Positions 14,410-30,479 of a DNA stretch of 64,000 nt are shown here, piece after piece. Each line of letters starts with the position of its first letter. Within the stretch, counting starts at the first letter, position 1. Under the pieces are notes generated by a model, which had not been told where the DNA came from, searched no databases, and was given only the letters and a program-made list of their open reading frames with translations. The position numbers and the translations under genes are program-made. The DNA comes from Eledone cirrhosa (lineage: Eukaryota), in the NCBI GenBank assembly GCA_964016885.1, contig OZ024749.1, positions 40,796,001 to 40,860,000 on the forward strand, given 5' to 3'.

Positions 14410-17400
14410 CATACACACACACTGAAGTGGTGTTATTAAATTAGACATGGCCTGCACCAAAACTGGCCAAAACCTATGAAGGTTATCAGTGTTATAGATA
14501 CTTAGATAGATAGATAATGTGTGTGTAATGTATGTTTGTAGCTGACGTGTGTGCATTTATGTACATGTGAGTGTATGTATGTGTACATGTGTGTGTGTGT
14601 TGGTGTATCTATGTATGTATACATGTGTTGGTGTATCTATGTACGTGTACGTGTGTGTGTCTATCTATGTGTACATGTGTGTGATTATGTGTGTGTGTGT
14701 ATCTATGTGCATAGTGATGTGTAATTATTGATTCAACATAAACACCAAGTATTTACAGAAATAGAGGTGTGTGTGTGTGTGTGTGTACGTCTGAATGTAT
14801 GTGTAGCTTGTGTGATCTTATGTTTGATCCACTCATGTGAGTTTCGACTCCTCTGTTGATGTATGTGAGTGTGTGTTAGTGTATCTGTGTGTGTGTGTGT
14901 GTGTGTTTATAGCTTGTGTGAACTTATACTTGATCCATGCATGTGAGTATGTGTCTTCGCAGCTATACATCTGTTGATGTATGTGCGTGTGTGTGTGTGT
15001 TTATAGCTTGTGTGATCTTATGTTTGATATGAGTTTCTGTTTTCACATCTATGTTTGTTGGTGTATGTATGTATGTGTATGTATGTATGTGTATATGTAT
15101 GTATGTATGTGTGTTGGTGTGTCAAGTATTTACAGAAATGGGTGTGTGTTAATGAAATCAGCTGTTTTGGTTATTGTCTATTGTTGTGTACATTGAAACC
15201 TATTCAGTTTATTGTTAAGTTCTTTGTTCAGCTTTAGTCCTACAGGCATAGTGTATCTAGGATTACATTATGCAATGTATCTTACCCTTTTTTTTTTAAA
15301 TAATGTGGTTCCAGGGATATCTGCAGAGTGACCACATAGAGGCTCTTTCATTCACTGGTCAGTCTTCACAATTAAGGAGTTACTTTTACATTTCATCTTT
15401 TCGGGGTCTATAAACCAGTCCAGTACTTGGGTCAAATCCTCTCTCTCTCTCTATCATCATCATCATCATCATCATCATCATTCATCATTCATCATATATA
15501 TATATAAAAGAAATCTGCTGTGTGGCTGTGTTCAGACCTGCAGAAGAGATGGGCTCTGCCTGATTTTAAAATGCTGAAGACACAATGTATGTCACTATGG
15601 CAACCCTACACCTCCAACAGGAGTTAGGGGTCTACCACACACCTCCCTAATGTTGGTGATCTACATGATAAACATACTCAGTACATGCCATAAAGTGGTT
15701 GGTGGTAAGAAGGACATCCAACCATAGAATGCTTGACGAACAATGGATATGGAGGACCCTTCAGTTGTGTCAAAGACATGACAACCTCTCTAGTGCTGTT
15801 GCCACGATAAAATGTACTCAGTAGAACATGGACTCATATGTGAGATGCCAACCCTTTAACCTGTCTGAGAGGTCAGTAGCCCCCTTTCAGTACTAACTCA
15901 GTTTGCGAAGAAGACCTGCCAACCCATGTTAGCAAGGAAAATAACCATTAAATAATGATGATGATATCATCATCATCATCATCATCATCATCGTTTAACA
16001 TCCATCTTCCACGCTAGCATGGGTTAGACGGGAGTTGTGTCAACTTGAGGCAAGGTTGGTCGGGTGGAAAGGGTGGAGCCTATAAGTAAAACAATAAAAT
16101 TATAATATACACACATTCACCGTTTGTGTGCCTGTCCAAGTGTGTGAGCATGCTTGTGTATATGTGTATATAAACACTATCAGATTTCCTAAGACATATC
16201 CTGTTAGTTTAAATTTAACCATTTACAAACTACAATGTAATGACTAAGACAGATATTGCTTGTTTTTGTTTTGGGGAGATAAATTTCCAGTGTGTGTGTG
16301 TGTGCTTGCATGTATGTGTATATTCAGGCTCCAAGTACACTATTTTTATCTATTATATATTTATAGGTCTGTATGTAAATATAGAACACATATTTATATA
16401 TAGTTTGGGGATTGTTTTGGGAACATAGATTTCCAGTGTGTGTGTGTGTGTATATGTGTATGTGCTCATACTCCAAACACTTTTTTACACTACTGTTATT
16501 TATTGCGTGCACACACACTCATACACTCACACACACACACACACTCACACACACTCACACACACACACACACACTCTCACACACATACACACTCACACTC
16601 ACACACAGGTAGCAGAAGCTAGGTATTTAGTTCAACACCATTGTTGGGTTGGTGGTGAGCTCAACTTGAACCTGTTGTGTTTATTTGTGTACAAACATGG
16701 TTTTATAATTCTTCCCCCTCCTCTGCCTTGGGTCTTATTTATTCTTTATTCACCCCATTGGCAGTTGGTTGTCTCCGCTGTGAGTTAGTCTCCCTCCCCC
16801 TCTCTCTCTCTTTCTGTATATATTTATCATCATCATCATCAACTGTTAATGGCTATTTTCCATTCTTGCATGGGTTAGTCAGCTACCAGGTTTTGCTCAT
16901 ATGCTTTTTTTTTTGGGGGGGGGGGGGGGTTCTACTACTGGATATTTTCCTAACGCCAACCACTTTATAGCATGTACTGGGTACATTTTATTGTGGCACA
17001 AGCACTACCACCTTAAAGAGTGAACTGGGTGCTTTTGTCGAATAGTATATATATAATCATTTTATGGATATTTTCCTTAATATATTGCTCTCTCTCTCCA
17101 TCTTGTTCTCCTTCACTCTATTTTCCCCTCTCTTTCCTCCCATTCTCATCCACCTTCAACCTCTGTCTCTCTCTGTCTCTCTCACACTCTCACACACACA
17201 CAAACACCTTTTTCCCTTCCTTGCCACTCACTAACGATGTTGATAAAGTGTTTTTCTTTCCATTCTGGCTAGAGCTAGAGACCCAAGCCACACAGTTGCA
17301 ACACAGCAGTAGTGTTTGGTTTTGTTGGTGGTGGTGTTGTTGTTGTTGTAGTAGTAGTAGTAGTAGCTACAAGAGATCAAAGGTATGTCAACCCCACTTC

Positions 17401-17731
17401 ATCACTAGATCCTTCACCCACCCACCTAACCCTCTCCCTGTTCTTCTTCCATGAAGCTTCCAACTCCATCATATATCATTATCCAAAGTTATTTCTATAT
17501 ACATTGCCTTTATTCTCCCCCTCCATATTTTGTGGTTTATATACAATACACTCGTATTTAAATATAAATATATATATATATATGTATATATATGTATATA
17601 TATAGACTAAAGGAATTTTAGTCTGGTAATGGGGTTTATTATCAGGCTAAAATTCCTTTAGTCAAAAATACAGTGAAAGCTATTTTATTTTCTAATTTCA
17701 AACCTGCCCACTGTTTCAAAACATACTTACT

Positions 17732-17792
<61 letters not shown>

Positions 17793-18516
17793 CATACATA
17801 CATACATGCATACATCTCCCCCCCCCCCCCCCTCTCTCTCTGTACAAAGCAGATAGATATTATCTCAAATAAAATGAGCTGTCCAAGTATGAAACCAGAC
17901 AGTACCCCATAATATAATCTGTTATATTGTTATGATCGTATGTAAGCAGGATACAAACATCCTCAGCCTCTCTGGTATGTTGGTGACCCCATGCCAGTAC
18001 TGACCTGGTCTATGTAGACCCATCCAAACCTTGCTAGCAGGGACAGTGGACGTTAAATGATGATAATTATAAATATATTTATATATATACAAATGTCTTC
18101 TTCTTTGCCCACTTATTCCTGAGAGGGTCATGGGGACAGAGTCCCCAAATACTTCTTCCAGCGGGTCCTGTGAGAAGCAACATTCTCCTCCTGAGACCAG
18201 CCAACCTAATGGATGTTATCCAACCATCTTGCTCAGGGTCTAAACATACAAATAGGGACAGCTAGATTTCAACTGGGATTTCACTTTGTGATTTTTTTTT
18301 TCTTCACATCTTAACATACAGATGTGAAGAAATAAAATGAAATCTAGATGTTCCCTTTTGTTTGTGTCAGCTTGTTTCTGCATATTGTATTTCATCAGGA
18401 TAGAGAAAAGAGAAAGATAGCTAGAGTGAGTCAGTTATATATTATATTACAGTCAAGTCATTACTTCCATTTTAAATCAGTGAGGAATATAACCTCTTGT
18501 AGTTATAGCTAGCTAG

Positions 18517-18579
<63 letters not shown>

Positions 18580-19124
18580 ATTGTATAATGCAGCCAGTGA
18601 CATCTAAATTCGTAAAGTTAGGATGCCAGCATCACTTTCACCTCCATCATCTTGAACATCATTATCGACACCATAACCTTCATTACCACAACAACCACCA
18701 CCACCACCACCACCACAACCATCATTATTATTACAAATAATGTGTTTGAGGTTGTGTGTGTGTGTGTGTGTGTGTGCATGCGCACATGAGGAAAGAGTGT
18801 GGTGTTAGTGTGTGTATTTTAGTGTACATCTGTGTGTGTGTGTGTGTGTTAGTGTGTATAGCTGTTTGGAGGTAATGTGTAGCCAGCAGGCAATTTAATG
18901 GTTGTCCTTCATTTTACCTGAATTGCTGTCACACCGTGTATGTCAACACCAGAACCTGATGTTGCTATGGTAATCTCTGTGTACCCTACAGCTTCTCTCT
19001 CATTCTCTCTTTCTGTTTCTCTTTCTTCCTCTCTCAATATCCAGAAACAACACACACACACACACACAGTGTTGGTCAGTTAATGTTGAAATGTGGTCAG
19101 TTTATTTGATCTGTGGTGGTCAAT

Positions 19125-20370
<1,246 letters not shown>

Positions 20371-20917
20371 TTTAAAACAAGCAGTTTTGTATCATAGAAC
20401 AAAGGTGATTTGGTATCAAAAGGGTTAGATGATGACAGGTTTTAATATAAATATGTATGGTCCCATAACTCCTGATAGAGTTATAGGGGCATCATATTGA
20501 CCCACAGTGGGCATTTTTAAGCCTGGCGGAGCCCATCCCTCTCCAGGTCTGAGTACAGCAGATTTCTTCCAGAGAACGATAGAAAGTGAGAGAGAGGAAA
20601 TGAGAAAGAGATATAGAGGAAGAACAACCCCAGTACTAGACTGGTACTTTTTTTATCGACCTTTAAAGGACGAAAGGCAAAGTTGACCTCTGCAGGATTT
20701 GAACTCAGAGAGCCGGAAGAAATACCATAAAGCATTTTATCCGACATTCTAATGACTTTGGCAATTCACCACCTTAATATAGATACAAAACACTTTAAAA
20801 CAAGCAGCTGTGTATCATAGGACCAGGGCTGGTTTCAAACAGTTTCAAGTGGGTTGGTGTGAAAGGGCTTAAAGACTCTGTCACATCATGACATGGCCGA
20901 CATCAAGACATCTTTAA

Positions 20918-21049
<132 letters not shown>

Positions 21050-21251
21050 TAACATTATTGGTTGGAGTACAGCTTCACCTTTCTTTTTACAACTGAGAAT
21101 CTATATCTTGTCATCTATCTATCTATATTTCTATCTATCAATCTTTCTATCTATTGACCGCTCCATCTATCGACCTTTCCATTTATTGAACTTTCTATTT
21201 ATCGATCGATCTATCTATCAATCTATCTATCGATCCTTCTATTTATCTATC

Positions 21252-23525
21252 TTCAAACGTCTAGAGACTTTTCTGGGAACATCCCGCTCCTTGCTTTTAG
21301 TAGGAGACTGGAATGGATTCCTAGATGCACGTTGGGACTATGTGGGAGCATGTCCCAATAAAGGGGAGTGTAACATCCTCAAACAGTTAATCGGCCGATT
21401 TGACCTGGCCGATAGATATCAACTAGATTTTCCGACTGTGCCACTGTGGACGTGGACTAAATCGCAGCGGAACATCTAGATCGTACCTAGATAGGGTTCT
21501 AGTTAGAAATAAGGATAGGGACATGTTAAGCTGTCCACAAATGTTCATGGTTGCCTATTCAGATCACAAACTAGTGACCTGCATGGTCAACCTTGATAGA
21601 ACCCATAGACAAGGACCCGGCTACTGGAAGCTGAACTTGTCGTTACCGACATGCAAAGCCTACAGTAGACGGATTAGCACTTTAGTTAAACAGCACTTGA
21701 CAGGGGCCATTGTCAACAACAGATGGTGGTACTCTCTCAAGAGGGCAGTTAGATTAGACTCGTTAGTTTTAGTAAAGAATTAGCGTTAGATAGAAATAGA
21801 ACCGAGAAAGAATTGGTAGATAAAGTAGAAGAGGCAATTAGAAGTGGCAACGTAGCCAGCGTGCTAGCAACGAGAACGGCCTTGGACCAGTTCTTCGACG
21901 CAAAGCATGAGGGCTGCGTTGTCAGAAGCAAAATACGTGCTCTGGGAAATGAGGGAGCCAAAGCTGTTAGCTGGGCCCGAGTGACGGAGGCAAAAAGTGG
22001 CAACAAGTCCACGATTCGGTCTTTGAACTCGGATCTTGGAGTGGCAAACCGATGCCTTCTGATGGCGTCGTCAGACACTGGACGGAAGGACCAGTAAAGC
22101 TGCTCGGGGTCTGGTTTGGTCCGGACCTCCAGGTGGAGAAGAACTGGAACGAGGTGTCGGCCAAGGTGTTTGCACTCGCCCAGAAGTGGGCCGAGTGCAA
22201 ACTATCATTGAAAGGTCGAGCGGAGGTGGCGAACACTTTTATAGCGTCCGCCATCTACTACCGCTTGACCGTCGTGCCTTGTCCAGCCAAAACAATCGCC
22301 AAAATGGAACACGCGCTCTTCCAATTCCTTTGGAAGAGGCGGGCTCCTTTGGTGAGAAGATCCATCTGCTGCCAACGCCCTTCCTATGGGGGGCTGGGGA
22401 TGCCGTGGCTGACGATGCGCAAACACACGCTCAGGCTGCGGCATCTCTACGTATTCCTCACCGGACAACCGGTGTGGGTCCCGTTCGTGAGGCGAGCCTT
22501 CCCACGACTCGTCTCGCTGACCGAGCTGCAGTCCTGGGTCAAGCAAAGACCGAGGAAAATTGGCGACTGGCACATCGAATGTGCTCAGGCGTTCACAGCC
22601 CTCTGGCAGGCGGACCCGGCGATCAGTGGAGACTCCACTTCGTCATTCTATAGAGGGTTGATCTGCAGCAAGTGCGGCGACGTGCTCGATGAAACTCTGG
22701 GCGTAGAGGAAGACGAACTGGCCAGTCTGTTCGGTAGGACCTTCCGCCCAGGACCAATGGACAACTTCCAAAAGTCCCTGGCCTGGCAGTGCTACCGAGG
22801 AGCTCTACCAGTTCGAGACAAGCTCTACAGACACGGGCGCCCGGGCAGGGACCCTGCAAAAAAGATCTGTCCGAGGTGCATACGAGACGAAGAAACCGTC
22901 GTGCACGCATTCATACACTGCCCGGGCGTCACCGACCTGTGGGGCTATGTGGAAAGACTATTGTCGCGGGTGGGACCAATCCAGTTGACCACCGAGTCCA
23001 TTGTCATGATCAAACCGCCACCCTCCTTCAAAAAGGAAGGAGAGGCGGTTTTCCTTTGTGTGATAGCTATGGCGAAAGAGGTTGTATGGTGGACAAGGTT
23101 GAAAGGGCTGAGGTCAGACACCTTTCTCTCCGGCCAACAACTGATTCTTTTTTTCAAATACCACTTTGGAAGAAGAATCAGGATGGAGAGAGAGGTGCTG
23201 TACCCCAGCAAGTTTTATGAAAGGTGGGTGAAAGTGGCGAGAATGGCCCGAGTGAATGGGCCTTCTCTCTATATCAGCCTGTAGGTTGAGGAAAAGGAGG
23301 AGGAGAGGAAAGGAGTACAAACTCTTCGTACTCCTGGAGTTGAGGGTTGCACATCTTTTTTTTCGGGGGTATGTGTTACACATACGTAATGTCTCCCCCT
23401 ATTGGGGAAAATCGATTCATTTTTAAATTCCATCTGTGATAACATTTTACACGTTTTTATTGTATGTAAACTTCCCCCTTTGTATTTGTCCCCTTCTTTT
23501 GTGCCCCTGTGGCTAATAAAGAAAC
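21252..23525 (+). mobile_element. 5'-truncated, internally deleted L1/Tx1-clade non-LTR retrotransposon
   Basis: AP-endonuclease remnants (LLVGDWN, SDHKLV, GPGYWKLN) at 21252-21783. 410-aa ORF 22052-23284 with post-RT motifs (KLLGVWFG, LSLKGR, GGLG) and CPRC..ETVVHAFIHC zinc knuckle. 3' AATAAA at 23515-23520. GC-rich versus flanks. Confidence 0.88.
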
Positions 23526-23761
23526 ATATCTATCTATCCACCTATCAATCTATCTATCTATCTATCCACCTATCCATCACTCTATCTATCCATCTATCTA
23601 TCTATCCACCTATCAATCCATCTATCTATCTATCCACCTATCCATCAATCTATCTATCTATCCATCTACCTATTTATCTATCCACCTATCAATCTTTCTA
23701 TCTACCTTCCATCCTGACCCCCCCCCCCCTCTCATATACTCATTATCAACCACCAAGCTAA

Positions 23762-23965
<204 letters not shown>

Positions 23966-24121
23966 TAGTGGTGTATGGCTGCACACATGCGCATGCACAC
24001 CGACACACATGATACAATGTGCACATATCAACATGCACATTACAAACTGACGTAGCGGCGTGTGTGTGTGTGTGTTGGGGCTGCAACTTCTCTTGGACAT
24101 CAGGCAGAGATATACGGATGG

Positions 24122-24158
<37 letters not shown>

Positions 24159-24419
24159 TGTACGCACATGCATATACACACAGCCATACTTGCGCATGTA
24201 TGCACTCAAGCCTGCGTGCACTCGCTCCTGACATATGCACACAGAACACAGCTCTGCGTGTTTACGCATGCATACAGACACACACTCAAAGTATACATAT
24301 ATATATATACGTGTATATAATATACACTTGCATAACTATACATATACACTGTTGGACACGGACATATATATATATATATACACATATATACAACCATGAA
24401 TCTACATTGACACATTCTT

Positions 24420-24474
<55 letters not shown>

Positions 24475-24531
24475 TATCTTTATATATGTTCAAGTGTGTA
24501 TGTTCACACATCTATATACATATGTGTACAT

Positions 24532-24592
<61 letters not shown>

Positions 24593-25229
24593 CACACACA
24601 CCCCGCATATATATATATATATTTGTGTGTATATATATATATACCCATCTATGTTAACTACACCAGATGATCTGCCGTGTTTTCACATTCTTTTGAAAAG
24701 GGAGTTGAAAACTCATATTGCTGTTGTTTATTTTGATTTCTGTGTGTGTATGTATGTATATATGTATATATACATACACACGTGTGTATATATACATATA
24801 TAAACGTGTGTGTATACACATGTACAAGTATGTGAGTGTTTATACAAATGTGTATATGTGTGTATATACACGTATATGAGTGTTTATACAAATGTGTATA
24901 TGTGTGTATATACACGTATATGAGTGTTTATACAAATGTGTATATGTGTGTATATACACGTATATGGGTGTTTATACAAATGTGTGTTTGTGTGTGTGTA
25001 CACGTATGTGAGTTTATATTATACAAATGTCTGAGTGTATGCTCATACATGTGTATGTGTGTTTGTGTACACACGTGTGTGAGTTTGTGTACACGTGTGT
25101 GTGTGTGTGTACATCAAACCATTTTGAGCTCACTGAAAGCAAGGTGAATTTTATTATCATTCACACCAATTCTATCTGCTCTTTTTTATTGCTTTTATTA
25201 TTATTTTTATTATTATTATTATTATTTAT

Positions 25230-26830
25230 TAAGGGTAGTGGAGTGTCAGACTTAATACCTTGTGGTATTTGTTGTGTCCCTTTACGTTCTGAGTTCAAGT
25301 CCCACTGAAGTCAACTTTGACTATCTTTCTTTCTTCCAGGTGGTTGGGTCAAGTTGATAAAATAGGGTACCAGTTATGTTATTGGGGGGGTTTGAATAAA
25401 TCAATGATTTGTTTCCCCTCCTCGGTCCTCTGCCCTCTTAAACAAAAATGCATGGGGAATCATTATTGTCATAATCAGTGGAGCATCGGACAGAAATGCC
25501 ATGTAGTAATTTAGTCACGGAGCTCTACTGTCTCAGTTCAAATCCTACCAAGGTCAACTTTGCCTTTTAACCCTCCAGGGATCGATAAAATAGCATACCA
25601 GTCATATCCTGGGGTGATATAATTGACTGCTCCACTCCACCCTCCATAGAATTTTGGCTTTGTTGGCTAAAATAAGAATCGTTATTAGATTAGCAGAATC
25701 AGTAGAGCATCAGACACAAAATGCTGTGAGGTATTTGTTCTGACTCTACATTCTGAGTCAACTTTGCGCTGACCCCTCCCCCCCCAAAAAAAAATTGCTG
25801 GCCTTGTGCTTAAGTTAGAAATCATTATTATAATTATGATACAGAATCAGTAGAGCATCAGATAAAATGTTTTGTAGCATTTTTAGTTATGAGTGGTCCT
25901 TTATGTTCTTCTGAGTTCAAATCCCACTACAGACAATTTTGCCTTTCGTCCTTCTGGGGGAGGGGGTTGAATTGGTAGGGCATACCAGTCAACTACTGCA
26001 ATCAATTATATCAAATTTTCCCCCATACCCCCCCCCCCCAAAAAAAAATTGCCAGCCTTAGAGACCATTACTATTATTATTATTATTATTATTATTATGA
26101 GGGCAGTGGATTGGCACTATTGGTGGTGCGATGGACAACATCCTTTGTGGCATATAATTACAGTCCTTTACATTCTTAATTCAAATTCCGCCTAGGTTAG
26201 CTTTGCCTTTTATCCTTACAGGATCGATAAAATAAAGTACCAGTAATGCACTGGGTCGATTTAATCAACTTTCCCCTTCCCTTAGCCCTTTAGCATTTAC
26301 ACTACTCTATATTTACTATTGCATTTTCATGGTAAACTTTATCTCACATAATATCAAATCTATGAGATTTTGATATCATTTATTTTGAGAACAATACCTT
26401 AAAATCAGTATGAACGGCCAGTTACAGTCAGTTTGAACAGAAAAAGCTGAGAGGATTCTGGTCAGATATGGCCAGTTTAAATGCTAAAGGATTAAAATTT
26501 CTGGCCTTGTGTCTAAATTAGAAACAATTATTACTAACTGGTGGATGACAAAATACCTTCTAGCATTTAGCTTTGTTCTGAGTTCAAATCCTGCCAGGGT
26601 TGGTAAAAATAAAATAAGGTACCAGTCATATACTGGGGTCAGTTTGATGAGATTTTTTTTTTACCTTCCCCTATCCCACTCTCTTAAAGGTACCAGTCAG
26701 TCACATACTGAGGTCAGTTTGATGAGATTTTTTTTTTACCTTCCCCTATCCCACTCTCTTAAAGGTACCAGTCAGTCACATACTGAGGTCAGTTTGATGA
26801 GATTTTTTTCTTTTTTTTACCTTCCCCCAC
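25230..26830 (+). mobile_element. Head-to-tail cluster of decayed second-family SINEs
   Basis: At least six GTTCAAATCC/GTCAACTTTGCC motifs, all on +. Confidence 0.75.
26286..26491. mobile_element. piggyBac-type MITE nested in a SINE
   Basis: Homologous to 8890-9103; SINE sequence resumes after the 3' TTAA. Confidence 0.8.
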
Positions 26831-26835
26831 TCCAC
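26618..26835. repeat. 75-bp tandem triplication of a SINE tail fragment
   Basis: AGTTTGATGAGA at 26641, 26716, 26791. Confidence 0.9.
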
Positions 26836-27609
26836 TCCAAATTTACAAATTTTTTTATTATTTTAGCTTTTTATTAACGTCCCTCTCGCTCTTTCTTTTT
26901 CATAAAAAAGAAACACAATGTTACCTCCACCCCTTTCAAACTCCCCTTGGGGATGGAATTTTTGGAGGGCTTCTGGCATTTTAATTTTTTATTACAATTT
27001 AGTACTCCATTAATGGAACATTCCTCCTTGCTTTGTTTTGTTTTGTTTTTGTTTTGTTTTCTTCTTCAAATCTCCAGAAACCAACAGAATAAAACAACAG
27101 ATCTACTTACACCTTGCTTCCACCACCCACCACTACCAACACCACTACAACTACCATTCACTCACCCACAAGAGTCCCTATCATCCTTCCACATTACTCT
27201 CAGCATTTCAAGATCTCATCTCATGCTCTTGGGGTTGTTTTGTGTATTTTGGGTTTTTTTACACCTCTAAATGTGGGTTGGATGGGTTGTTTCTCTCTCC
27301 CTCATTCTCCTCATACATCACCACTCCCCTCCATCCCACTTGCTCTGTCTGTCTGACACCTTTTCAATTAACAATAACAATAATAATCATTATTTTATTT
27401 AACAACAATAACAATGATGATGATGATGATGATATTAATAAAAGCTTGGATTTGAGGGAGGGAACATGATGATGATGATGATCACAACAACAATGATAGT
27501 GTTGGTGGTGGCTGTTTGTCATGGTTGAGTGAAGGTTCTTGCTGAAGGGGTAATTCAAAGATTTAATTATATATAGAGAGAGAGAGTTAGTGTGAGAGTC
27601 AGACAGAGA

Positions 27610-28198
27610 GATGTGTGTGTGTGAGAGACATAGAGATAGTGTGTGTGAGAGACAGACATAGAGATAGTGTGTGTGAGAGACAGACATAGAGATAGTGTGT
27701 GTGAGAGACAGACATAGAGATAGTGTGTGTGTGAGAGAGACGGTGAGATAGTGTGTGTGTGAGAGAGACGGTGAGATAGTGTGTGTGTGAGAGAGACGGT
27801 GAGATAGTGTGTGTGTGAGAGAGACGGTGAGATAGTGTGTGTGTGAGAGAGACGGTGAGATAGTGTGTGTGTGAGAGAGACATAGAGATAGTGTGTGTGT
27901 GAGAGAGACGGTGAGATAGTGTGTGTGTGAGAGAGGCGGTGAGATAGTGTGTGTGTGAGAGAGACGGTGAGATAGTGTGTGTGTGAGAGAGACGGTGAGA
28001 TAGGGTGTGTGTGAGAGAGACGGTGAGATAGTGTGTGTGTGAGAGAGACGGTGAGATAGTGTGTGTGTGAGAGAGACGGTGAGATAGTGTGTGTGTGAGA
28101 GAGACGGTGAGATAGTGTGTGTGTGAGAGAGACGGTGAGATAGTGTGTGTGTGAGAGAGACATAGAGATAGTGTGTGTGTGTGAGAGAGAGAGAGAGA
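27610..28198. repeat. 28-bp minisatellite, ~20 copies
   Basis: GAGATAGTGTGTGTGTGAGAGAGACGGT. Confidence 0.95.
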
Positions 28199-29139
28199 GG
28201 GGAAACTGAAAAATTGGAGCTTGATGATGGAAACAACAGCAGCAGCAACATCAAAGGATTTTGTCTTATTTTTCAAATTGAACATTGGTAGGTGTGTGGG
28301 GTGGTGTAGAGCAGCAAATACCCTCCCACCACACCCCCTTCTATCTGGCTTTACATGTGTGTTTTTTTAGTTTCAGTTATTAGACTGTAGCCATACTGGA
28401 ACACCACCTTGAAGCAATATATGATAATGCATCGGCCAGAAATATACCTGTGTGTTCGTGTGTGCATATGTGTATGTTTGTGTTGAGGTAGTGGTAGTGT
28501 GTGTATCCTTATGTGGAGGTAGTGTGTATGTTTATGTGGTGGTAATGGCAGTGTGTATGCTTATGTGGAGGTAGTGTGTATGTTTATGTGGTGGTAATGG
28601 CAGTGTGTATGCTTATGTGGAGGTAGTGTGTATGTTTATGTGGTGGTAATGGTAGTGTGTGTATGCTTATGTGGTGGTAGTGCAAAGTTATATTGTATTC
28701 AGTCGTAGTAGCTGTTCCCCACCATCAGAGGGGGGGGGGGTAACCTTGGTTATTCTAAGCAGTCTCAAGTACTCAGACTTTTACCTTTTATTTTTTAAAT
28801 TCTATTTATTTATTTTTAAGTTGGCCTCAAACAAGTTATTAGAATTTTACATTTAATAGCAACCAAAAAAAAAACGAAATCTAAGTTTAAAAAATAAATA
28901 AAATAAAACAATTACTTGCCAAAGAGCATCATCATCATCATCATCATCATCATCACCTTCGGCTGGTCAAACCATTTCTGATTACATAATACAGTCTTGA
29001 TTTTCTTCTTTTTTTTGTGGTGTGAATATTGGTGAGTGAGTGAAGGGGGAGTGTAGCATTTCGAGTGTTTACTCAGTCTCTTCCTTCTCCTTCTCTTTGC
29101 CTCCTACCACTCTCTTTTTCTTAGCTTTCTGTATATACA

Positions 29140-29590
29140 TGCCTGTCTGTGTGTGTGGGTGTCCTTCAGCCTGTCTGTGTGTGTGTGTGGGTGTCTGTCG
29201 GGCTGTGTGTGTGTGTGTGTGTCTTATGTGGGTGTCCTTCAGGCTGTGTGTGTTTGTGTGTGGGTGTCTGTCGGGCTGTGTGTGTGTCTTATGTGGGTGT
29301 CCTTCAGGCTGTGTGTGTGTGGGTGTCTGTCGGGCTGTGTGTGTGTGGGTGTCTGTCGGGCTGTGTGTGGATGTCCTTCAGGCTGTGTGTGTGTGGGTGT
29401 CTGTCGGGCTGTGTTTGTATGGCTGTCTGTCGGGCTGTGTGTGTGTGTCTTATGTGGGTGTCCTTCAGACTGTGTGGGTGTCTGTCGGGCTGTGTGTGTG
29501 TGTGTGTCCTTCAGGCTGTGTTTGTATGGCTGTGTGTGTGTGTCTTATGTGGGTGTCCTTCAGGCTGTGTGTGTGTGGGTGTCTGTCTAT
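29140..29590. repeat. GT-rich compound minisatellite
   Basis: Alternating GGGTGTCCTTCAGGCT / GGGTGTCTGTCGGGCT modules separated by (GT)n. Confidence 0.9.
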
Positions 29591-30105
29591 CTCCTATATC
29601 GCCTGTCAGCAACATTACAGAAAAGAGAGTGAGCTCCTGCTCCTCTCCTCTCCACCCTGTCTCCTGCCCTTCGGAACACATTGCTACGGATCCCTTCTTC
29701 TTTATGTTGGGGAGAGGGGTGGTGCCTTCTCCCCCCCCCCCTCTTACTCCACTGGAGAACCGACACACAACTGCACCCCTAACCTTAACCCTTCCCTGTT
29801 GTCTCACTTCCAAATCAGACCCCTAATGATTTGTCTTCTCTCTACCTAATAGATAAAAGGAAGCAAAAATGTAGCTCACCCTCACTCACACCCTCTCCTC
29901 TGTAACATGATGGCTTCAACATACTTATGCAAGAGTTATTATTACTATTGTTATTATTTGATAGAATTGTTAAAGCATCAGGCAAAAAGTTTTGGGGCAT
30001 TTGCTTTCGCTCTTTATGTTCTGAGTTCAAATTCCGCAACCTGCCTCAAATCGGACAACCCATCTAACCCACGTTAGCGAGAAAGGTGGACGTTAAACGG
30101 TGATG

Positions 30106-30165
<60 letters not shown>

Positions 30166-30174
<9 letters not shown>

Positions 30175-30220
30175 CCTTATCGACCCCGCTTCAGATTTTA
30201 GTCTTCACATTTATTATTAT

Positions 30221-30302
<82 letters not shown>

Positions 30303-30357
30303 ATAATAATAAATGTGAAGACTAAAATCTGAAGCGGGGTCGATAAGGATAAATATA
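30166..30357. repeat. Palindrome with ~55-bp unique arms around a (TA)n core
   Basis: TTATCCTTATCGACCCCGCTTCAGATTTTAGTCTTCACATTTATTATTATTAC-(TA)n-exact reverse complement. Confidence 0.9.
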
Positions 30358-30479
30358 TACTTCTGCGTTCACAGATTGATTTTTTTTAGTTTCAGAAGAT
30401 CCCGTTGAGAGTGAAAGCAGCGATTCTTTGCTTAAACTTTAATCTGTTATTTTAATATATATATATATATATATATATA

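Noticed and set aside
27364-29849. SHTH- and CV-rich ORFs of 160-296 aa
   Set aside because: Products of 28-bp and GT-rich minisatellites.
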